In this document: positions 35,975-42,079 of the stretch, piece by piece
How positions within the stretch are numbered: position 1 is the stretch's first letter
How the letters are laid out: each line of letters starts with the position of its first letter
NCBI GenBank assembly: GCA_031425655.1
Contig: JANPJS010000093.1
Coordinates: 1-42,079, forward strand
Reading direction: 5' to 3'
DNA: 42,079 nucleotides
From: Abditibacteriaceae bacterium
GTDB taxonomy: Bacteria > Armatimonadota > Abditibacteriia > Abditibacteriales > Abditibacteriaceae
The notes under the pieces: model-generated
The model's input: only the letters and a program-made list of their open reading frames with translations
What the model was told of the DNA's origin: nothing
Databases searched by the model: none
Position numbers and translations under genes: made by a program

Positions 35975-36913
35975 TCAAACCTCGTCCGCCTCAAAACCGC
36001 GCGGCACGATGACGCGGAGCGCATTGGGCACGAGTTCGATGGATAACGGCGTGCGCTCGCAGATTTCGCCGTCAACATTGGCGCGCAGAGGGTGACGCAA
36101 TGCTTCGACGCGCAACGATTGCGTAGAGAAAAACTGTGCTTCCGGCGCCTCGACATGACGGCCTGTAAGCCATAACAGCGTGGTTTTCGCCAAGCTGCGG
36201 CGGCGCGCGTCGCCGAGAATGAAAACGTGCAGGCTGCTGTCCTGAATCGAAGCCTCCGGAGCGGCGGCAACCGGCCCGGCGATGTAGCGCCCATTGGCGA
36301 CCACGAGTTGATGCGTTCTCGCGCGAAACGTCTTTTCTTTCGCCGTGACTTTCAAACGCAGCGCCCGATGCCGCAGCAGCATTTTGGCACCCACGACAAA
36401 CCACGACAGCCCGCCCAATCGCTTTTTAGTGTCGCCGTCCAGCGCGTGCGCGATGCTGGCCGACAAGCCCAGCGTCACGCTGTTGAGAAACACGCGCCCG
36501 TTGACACGCCCCACGTCCATTTTTTCAACGTGGCCGTTGGCGATGGTTTGCGCGGCGCTTTCGAGATCGAGTGGAATGCCCAGACTGCGCGCCAAAGTGT
36601 TGCCCGTTCCCAGCGGCAAAACGGCCATCGCCACGTTTGTGCCGACTAATTCTCCGGCGCATTGCGACAGCGTGCCGTCGCCGCCGCCGATTATCACCGT
36701 CGCGGCGCCCGCTTTAATTTCACGACGCAGCGCACGCACCGTTTCTTCTTGGTGGTGCGATAAAATCGCTTCGCCTAATGTTACGCCCGCCGCACGCAAC
36801 GCTTCCTGCGCGAGCGGGAAGGCTTCGCGCCCGCGCCGCGAATTGCCGTTGATAATCAAAGTAACGGGATTCGGCAACAATGGCTTTGCCAGAGTTTCAG
36901 GTTCGTTTTGCAT
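35975..36913 (-). CDS. Diacylglycerol/lipid kinase family protein (YegS/Rv2252/BmrU)
   Basis: IIN..SRRG, GGGDGT, LPLGTGN.LAR.LGIP, ANGRY, DGE. Confidence 0.92.
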   Translation of the reverse strand: MQNEPETLAKPLLPNPVTLIINGNSRRGREAFPLAQEALRAAGVTLGEAILSHHQEETVRALRREIKAGAATVIIGGGDGTLSQCAGELVGTNVAMAVLPLGTGNTLARSLGIPLDLESAAQTIANGHVEKMDVGRVNGRVFLNSVTLGLSASIAHALDGDTKKRLGGLSWFVVGAKMLLRHRALRLKVTAKEKTFRARTHQLVVANGRYIAGPVAAAPEASIQDSSLHVFILGDARRRSLAKTTLLWLTGRHVEAPEAQFFSTQSLRVEALRHPLRANVDGEICERTPLSIELVPNALRVIVPRGFEADEV

Positions 36914-37006
36914 TGGATGAGTGGTGAATCAATTCGCCGGCGGGTTCGGACGCCTGAAGTCCGCAAAAAGCCCCGCTTAACCCTTGATAGTTATACTGCC
37001 AGAGCT

Positions 37007-38857
37007 ATGAGTTTGAACAAACAGAACATTCCGACCCGAAACGATATTCGCAATCTCGCCATTATCGCCCACGTTGACCACGGCAAAACCACGCTCGTGG
37101 ACACGATGCTTCAGCAAGCCAACACCTTCCGCGCTAACCAAGAAGTGCGCGAACGCGTCATGGATTCTATGGATTTAGAACGCGAGCGCGGCATCACGAT
37201 TATGGCGAAAAACGCCGCGTTGCGCCTGCCCGAAGAATTCTCCGATCACGGCACGCCGATCAAAATCAACATCATTGACACGCCCGGACACAGCGACTTC
37301 GGTGGCGAAGTCGAGCGCGTTTTGAAAATGGCTGACGGCGTGCTTTTGCTGGTTGACGCTGCCGAAGGCTGCCTGCCCCAGACCCGCTTTGTGCTTTCCA
37401 AAGCACTCGAATCCAACCTCGCGCCGATCATCGTAGTCAACAAAATTGACCGCAGCGACGCGCGCCCGCAAGCCGTGTTGAACGAAATCTACGACCTTTT
37501 CATTGACTTGGACGCCAATGAAGACCAACTCGATTTCCCCGTCATTTACGCCGTCGGACGCGATGGCATCGCCAAAAACGAATTGGACGACGAATCCACC
37601 GACCTTGCGCCGCTTTTCCGCGCCATTATTGACCACGTCCCGCCGCCGCGCGCCGACCCGAACGCGCCGCTGCAAATGCTGGTTACCAACATTGATTACA
37701 ACGATTATGTGGGCCGTTTAGCGATTGGCCGCCTGATTCGCGGCGAAATTCGCATCGGACAGGACGCCGTCGTCTGCAAGCTCGACGGCACGCAGCAAAA
37801 GTTCCGCGTCACGCAGTTGTTCGGTTTCGAGGGATTGAAGCGCGAGCCGATTGAAGCTGCTCAAGCCGGCGACATTGTGGGCATCGCGGGCATCGAAGGC
37901 ATCAACATCGGCGAAACCATCGCCGACGCCGAACATCCGCAGGCTCTACCGCCGATTGTCGTGGACGAGCCGACTATCGCCATGCTGTTTTCGTCCAATA
38001 CCAGCCCGTTCGCCGGGCGCGATGGCAAGTTCGTCACGGGCCGCCACATCCGCGACCGTCTGGCCAAAGAAGCCTTAGCCAACGTGGCGATTCGCATCGA
38101 GCCGACCGATGACCCCGACGCTTTTCGCGTGGCCGGACGCGGCGAATTGCAACTCGCCATCATCATCGAAACCATGCGGCGCGAAGGCTACGAATTGCAA
38201 ATTTCCAAGCCCGAAGTCGTGACGCGCCATGACGAAAACGGCCAACTGCTCGAACCGATTGAACAAGTCTTCGTGGACTGCCCGGAGCAATTTATCGGCG
38301 TGGTTACCGAAGCTCTGGGCCGGCGCAAAGGCACCATGATGAGAATGTCCAATCATGGCAGCGGGCGCGTGCGCTTGGAGTTTGAAGTGCCTTCGCGCGG
38401 TTTGATCGGCTTTCGCGGCGAGTTTCTGACCGACACCAAAGGCATGGGTCTGCTGAACACGCTTTTCGCGCGTTTCCAGCCGTGGATGGGGCCGATTCCG
38501 CAGCGTCCGAACGGCGCTCTTGTCGCCGACCGTGCGGGCGCCGTCACGGCTTACGCCATCGGCAACTTGCAGGAGCGCGGCGTGATTTTCGTCGAGCCGA
38601 CTTTGGCGGTTTACGAAGGCATGATTATCGGCGAAAACTCGCGCGAAAATGACCTCAACGTCAACATCGTCAAGGAAAAGCACCTGACCAACATTCGCTC
38701 GTCCACTTCCGACATCGCCACGCGTTTAGTTCCGCCTTTGGTTATGTCGCTTGAGCAGTCGCTGGAATTCCTCAACGACGACGAACTCGTCGAAGCCACG
38801 CCCAAAGCGATTCGCATTCGCAAAAAGATTTTGCAAGCTGGCAAACGCCCGAAGTAA
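37007..38857 (+). CDS. typA: Translational GTPase TypA/BipA
   Basis: [69 protein letters not shown]. Start placed at ATG 37007. Confidence 0.97.
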   Translation: MSLNKQNIPTRNDIRNLAIIAHVDHGKTTLVDTMLQQANTFRANQEVRERVMDSMDLERERGITIMAKNAALRLPEEFSDHGTPIKINIIDTPGHSDFGGEVERVLKMADGVLLLVDAAEGCLPQTRFVLSKALESNLAPIIVVNKIDRSDARPQAVLNEIYDLFIDLDANEDQLDFPVIYAVGRDGIAKNELDDESTDLAPLFRAIIDHVPPPRADPNAPLQMLVTNIDYNDYVGRLAIGRLIRGEIRIGQDAVVCKLDGTQQKFRVTQLFGFEGLKREPIEAAQAGDIVGIAGIEGINIGETIADAEHPQALPPIVVDEPTIAMLFSSNTSPFAGRDGKFVTGRHIRDRLAKEALANVAIRIEPTDDPDAFRVAGRGELQLAIIIETMRREGYELQISKPEVVTRHDENGQLLEPIEQVFVDCPEQFIGVVTEALGRRKGTMMRMSNHGSGRVRLEFEVPSRGLIGFRGEFLTDTKGMGLLNTLFARFQPWMGPIPQRPNGALVADRAGAVTAYAIGNLQERGVIFVEPTLAVYEGMIIGENSRENDLNVNIVKEKHLTNIRSSTSDIATRLVPPLVMSLEQSLEFLNDDELVEATPKAIRIRKKILQAGKRPK

Positions 38858-38872
38858 GTGTTGTTCGACCAC

Positions 38873-38910
38873 ACAAAAGCGCCGCTCTTTTTCAAGAGCG
38901 GCGCTTTTGT
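38873..38910 (+). terminator. Intrinsic terminator after typA
   Basis: ACAAAAGCGCCGCTCTT-tttc-AAGAGCGGCGCTTTTGT. Confidence 0.85.
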
Positions 38911-39203
38911 CTTGCTGTGCCCGGCGGCTTGTTCGGCGCGTGCGGTGAAACCCGACAAGCCACTTTATCAGCACGAAATAAAACACCGCTATTGAGGGTC
39001 GCGTTGGCTATAAATGCTCCGCCAAACTGAACAGTTCAAAGGAGCCACAAAAATGCCTTAATTTTCTCTACGCCACCTCTTTATCCCGACCACCCGACGC
39101 GGCAATAGATTATACGCCGACCTTTGCATTTACGACGGAAGTTGAGGTTCACGCGCCCGACAAAGGCGTGCTTGCCGCACTGTTAAGGCGTTTCATGAAA
39201 TAG

Positions 39204-39231
39204 GGCGCTGCCAGTTGGCAGCGCCTTTTTT
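39204..39231 (+). terminator. Intrinsic terminator with no annotated upstream gene
   Basis: GGCGCTGCCA-gt-TGGCAGCGCC followed by TTTTTT. Confidence 0.75.
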
Positions 39232-39321
39232 GCTGCGCCAATTCGACAAAAACCGAGCGCGCGGCGATAATCTTAATGCATTCCAATTCCCAGAACCCTC
39301 CTGTTTTATCGGCTTACCTTT

Positions 39322-41412
39322 ATGAAACAGCCTTCTTTGCAAAGCGAATTTCCCGCTCCTGTTGCCCCGAAGCTCGAAGCTGATGCGCCGCAAAATGCCG
39401 GCACGCGCGGCGTGACGCGGCGTGTTGTGATTCTCTCGCTGGTGTTGGCGGCGCTTTTCGGCTATTGCAGTCCGATTATAGATTACAAGTTCAGCAACAC
39501 CTTTCTTGGCGCGGCGCATCTGCCGGCGGGCGCGGTCGCCGTGCTGCTGGCGTTGGTTTTGGTCGTCAATCCTTTGCTGGGTTTTCTCGCTTCGCGCGCG
39601 AAACAGAGTTGGCTGGCGTTTTCGCGCAACGAAGTGCTCACGGTTTACATAACCTGCCTGTTTTCGGCGCTGGTGCCGGGGCGCGGCGGCGAAAACTTCT
39701 TCATTCCCAACATCTTGGCGCCGTTTTATTTCGCCACGCCCGAAAATAAATGGCTCACTTACTTCGTGACGAATGTGACGTGGTGGTTTACTCCGGCGCG
39801 GGCGCCCAGCGGCGAATATAATCGGCCTTTAGTCGAAAGTTGGTATACCGGCCTGCGCGCCGGAGAAAGCATTCCGTGGGGCTTGTGGCTGGTGCCTTTG
39901 GTGGCGTGGAGCGCGCTGATTTTAGCGGTTTACGCCATGCTTGGCTGTCTGGCCGTGATGCTGCGAGCGCAATGGGCCGAGCGCGAAGCTTTGGCTTTTC
40001 CTCTTCTGCGCTTGCCGCTGGAAATGACCGAAGACATGGACGAAGATGCTTCTCGTGGCCGCGTCACCGGCTTTTTTCGCAATTCGATTATGTGGGTTGG
40101 CTTCGGCATCGCGGTTTTCATCGAGATGCTGAACGGCTTGAATTTTTACTTTCCCGAAGTGCCGCTTTTTCCGCTTAGCATTCCTGCCGGGCCTCTTTTT
40201 TCCGAGCCGCCGTGGAATCAAATCGGCGGCATGGATTTGCGCGTTTATCCGGCCATTGTCGGCATTTCGTATCTGCTGACCAGCGAAGTTTCGTTTTCGC
40301 TGTGGTTTCTCTATTTGTTCACCAAAGTGCAGATGATTATCGCCTATGTCAGCGGTTTTCCGCCCAACGCGATGCCGACTCCGCTGTGGACGCGCGGCTG
40401 GGCCAAAGGCTTTATCGGCTATCAGCAAATTGGCGCTTACTTCGCTTATGTGGCCTTGCTTCTCTGGCTCGGACGGCGGCACTGGGCGCATATTTTCCGC
40501 CGCGCCATCGGCAAGGAAAAAGCCACGCCTGCCGAAGCGGGCGAAGCTTTGTCGTATCCGGCGGCGTTCTGGGGCTTTGCCGGCACGCTGACTTTCGTCA
40601 TTCTCTGGACGGCGGCTGCCGGCGTTGGTCTGCCGGTTTCGATTCTGCTGTGGGCCAGCTATCTCGTGGTGGCGATGGGCCTGACGCGCATCGTGGCCGA
40701 AGGCGGACTGATGTTCGTCCACACCGGCTGGCTGACCGTTGGGCCTCTGGCGTTTTTGTTTGGCGGCGGCCCCGATAAGCTCATCAACAGCGCCAACATC
40801 GCGCCAGCTTCAATGATCAGCGGCAGCCTGATGTTCGAGATGCGCGGCTTTTTGATGCCTTCGTTCGTGCAGGGCATGAAGCTGGCGCACGACCGCAAAA
40901 TCGCCATGCGACCGCTGATGGCGCTCATCGCGGCGGTGATTGTGGTCTCGTTTTTCATCAGCATCGTGATGATCGTGCGCCTGGGCTACGACAACGGCGG
41001 CTTGCAACTGCAAAAATGGTGGGCCAGCGCGGCCACACCGCAATCGGCGGTTCATACGGTCGCCATCACCAAAGGGCTGGACGAAAACCTGTTCGCCAAC
41101 TGGGGCTGGGTGTCGGTCGGCGCCTTCATGACGTGGGGCATGATGGCCGCGCGCAGCCGCTTTTTGTGGTTCCCTCTTCATCCCATCGGCCTGCTGATGT
41201 GCGTGCCGTTCGCCATGTATACGATGTGGGTTTCGATTATGATCGGCTGGCTCGCCAAAACCATGATTTCGCGCTACGGCGGCACCGACACTTATCGCAA
41301 GCTGGTGCCGGGCTTTCTGGGGTTGGCTTTGGGCGATATTGTGATGGTCGTCTTCTGGGTCATTATTGATGCGTGGCAAGGCCGCACCAACCACTCGCTG
41401 CTGCCGTTCTAA
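39322..41412 (+). CDS. Large polytopic membrane protein, DUF6785/DUF6784-like (putative transporter)
   Basis: About 15 hydrophobic segments. QW..RE.L.FPL..LP, G..YL...EV.FSLW, TRIVAEGG, W.PLHPIG, and YGG...YR...P.FLGL..GD. Confidence 0.75.
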   Translation: MKQPSLQSEFPAPVAPKLEADAPQNAGTRGVTRRVVILSLVLAALFGYCSPIIDYKFSNTFLGAAHLPAGAVAVLLALVLVVNPLLGFLASRAKQSWLAFSRNEVLTVYITCLFSALVPGRGGENFFIPNILAPFYFATPENKWLTYFVTNVTWWFTPARAPSGEYNRPLVESWYTGLRAGESIPWGLWLVPLVAWSALILAVYAMLGCLAVMLRAQWAEREALAFPLLRLPLEMTEDMDEDASRGRVTGFFRNSIMWVGFGIAVFIEMLNGLNFYFPEVPLFPLSIPAGPLFSEPPWNQIGGMDLRVYPAIVGISYLLTSEVSFSLWFLYLFTKVQMIIAYVSGFPPNAMPTPLWTRGWAKGFIGYQQIGAYFAYVALLLWLGRRHWAHIFRRAIGKEKATPAEAGEALSYPAAFWGFAGTLTFVILWTAAAGVGLPVSILLWASYLVVAMGLTRIVAEGGLMFVHTGWLTVGPLAFLFGGGPDKLINSANIAPASMISGSLMFEMRGFLMPSFVQGMKLAHDRKIAMRPLMALIAAVIVVSFFISIVMIVRLGYDNGGLQLQKWWASAATPQSAVHTVAITKGLDENLFANWGWVSVGAFMTWGMMAARSRFLWFPLHPIGLLMCVPFAMYTMWVSIMIGWLAKTMISRYGGTDTYRKLVPGFLGLALGDIVMVVFWVIIDAWQGRTNHSLLPF

Positions 41413-41413
41413 C

Positions 41414-41890
41414 ATGAATCCGAGCATCTCCATTCGCCCCGCCGCGCCGGACGATTGCGCCTTCATTTTGTCGCTGATTCAGCAATTAGCCGCATACGAA
41501 AAGCTGTCGCAAATGGTCGTGGCCAACGAAGAAATGCTGCGCGAGTCGCTTTTCGGCGCGCGACCGGCGGCGGAAGTCGTTTTAGGCTGCTGGAACGGCA
41601 CTCCTGTCGGCTTCGCGCTGTTTTTTCCGACATTTTCCACCTTTTTAGGCCGTCCCGGTTTGTATCTCGAAGACCTTTTCGTGCAGCCAGAATATCGTGG
41701 GCGCGGCATCGGCAAAGCGTTGCTCGCACATCTGGCAAAGCTGGCCGTCGAACGCAATTACGGGCGCGTCGAATGGGCCGTGCTGAACTGGAACACGCCG
41801 GCCATTGATTTCTACCAAAGCGTCGGCGCCGCGCCGTTAGACGAATGGACGACCTACCGTTTAACCGGCGCCGCGCTTGAAGAATTTTGA
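41414..41890 (+). CDS. GNAT family N-acetyltransferase (SSAT/diamine acetyltransferase-like)
   Basis: IRPA...D, LA.YEK, FSTFLGRPGLYLEDLFV.PEYRGRGIGK, RVEWAVL.WN.PAIDFY. Start at ATG 41414. Confidence 0.92.
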   Translation: MNPSISIRPAAPDDCAFILSLIQQLAAYEKLSQMVVANEEMLRESLFGARPAAEVVLGCWNGTPVGFALFFPTFSTFLGRPGLYLEDLFVQPEYRGRGIGKALLAHLAKLAVERNYGRVEWAVLNWNTPAIDFYQSVGAAPLDEWTTYRLTGAALEEF

Positions 41891-41907
41891 ATTTTGAATT
41901 TTGAATT
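41882..41907. repeat. Heptamer array (GAATTTT)x3.7 overlapping the GNAT stop
   Basis: GAATTTT GAATTTT GAATTTT GAATT. Confidence 0.8.
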
Positions 41908-41913
41908 AAAGGT

Positions 41914-42079
41914 TCACCTTACGCAGTGGGATGTGGTAGGCAGGCAAATTCAAGAAGCGCTGTCATTCTGAGTCCTGGGCCGTGGGCACCCGGACGGAGC
42001 TCGGGCACTGGGGTGGGGTTGGTGAGGGTGTGTGTGGAGGGTGTTACGGAGGGATTGTGGCGGGTGCCCACTGGGGAGG
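41914..42079. mobile_element. MITE-like element D (copy of element C, truncated, with cassette in both arms)
   Basis: TCACCTTACGCAGTGGGATGTGGTAGGCAGGCAAATTCAAGAAGCGCTGTCATTCTGAG matches 29365-29423. The rest aligns without gaps to the element C loop, with mostly N-to-G substitutions. Confidence 0.8.

Noticed and set aside
32939..36584. TGCCCAGA matches inside the UbiD and lipid kinase genes
   Set aside because: Only 8 nt, in normal coding context, with no GGGC continuation. Consistent with chance.
36908..37006. 33-aa N-terminal extension of TypA from TTG 36908
   Set aside because: It overlaps the divergent kinase start and promoter region. TypA homology begins shortly after ATG 37007.
41994..42060. 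G-rich tract resembling a G-quadruplex or telomere-like sequence
   Set aside because: It aligns without gaps to the loop of element C with mostly N-to-G changes, so it is best explained as low-quality read-end sequence.

Overview
A 42-kb, GC-rich bacterial segment. Gene content and repeat style suggest Armatimonadota/Abditibacteriota, but this is inference only. It is probably a whole contig, since it begins inside an IS1-like element and ends inside a repeat. Contents in order: (1) an exopolysaccharide cluster (3 GT4 glycosyltransferases, 2 polysaccharide deacetylases, a CelD/BcsL-like GNAT, a flippase, a priming sugar transferase and a multi-SLBB Wza-like exporter); (2) a minus-strand run of 6S RNA, rarA, anti-anti-sigma, anti-sigma and a SigB/F-type sigma factor; (3) housekeeping and accessory genes (glcE-like, sugar epimerase, two TPR proteins, SpoIID/LytB, crcB, SRAP, DUF4380-like, metallophosphoesterase, DUF4058, frameshifted menG/ubiE, cNMP-binding protein, UbiD/MqnL, PqaA, lipid kinase, typA, DUF6785-like membrane protein, GNAT). 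The intergenic space is packed with REP/MITE-like palindromes and heptamer arrays, most of them directly after stop codons. The most striking signal is a 20-nt mini-hairpin cassette, ACCTGCCCAGAGGGC(A/G)CCCG. It occurs in unrelated repeats (2 clean copies, 2 degraded copies at the contig end, 1 half copy). Each full copy appears to replace exactly 5 nt of the host repeat arm, a net gain of 15 nt. One copy lies inside menG. A second signal is a family of MITE-like shells that share termini (TCMCCTTACGCRG...TRTGGTAG) but carry different palindromic cores.
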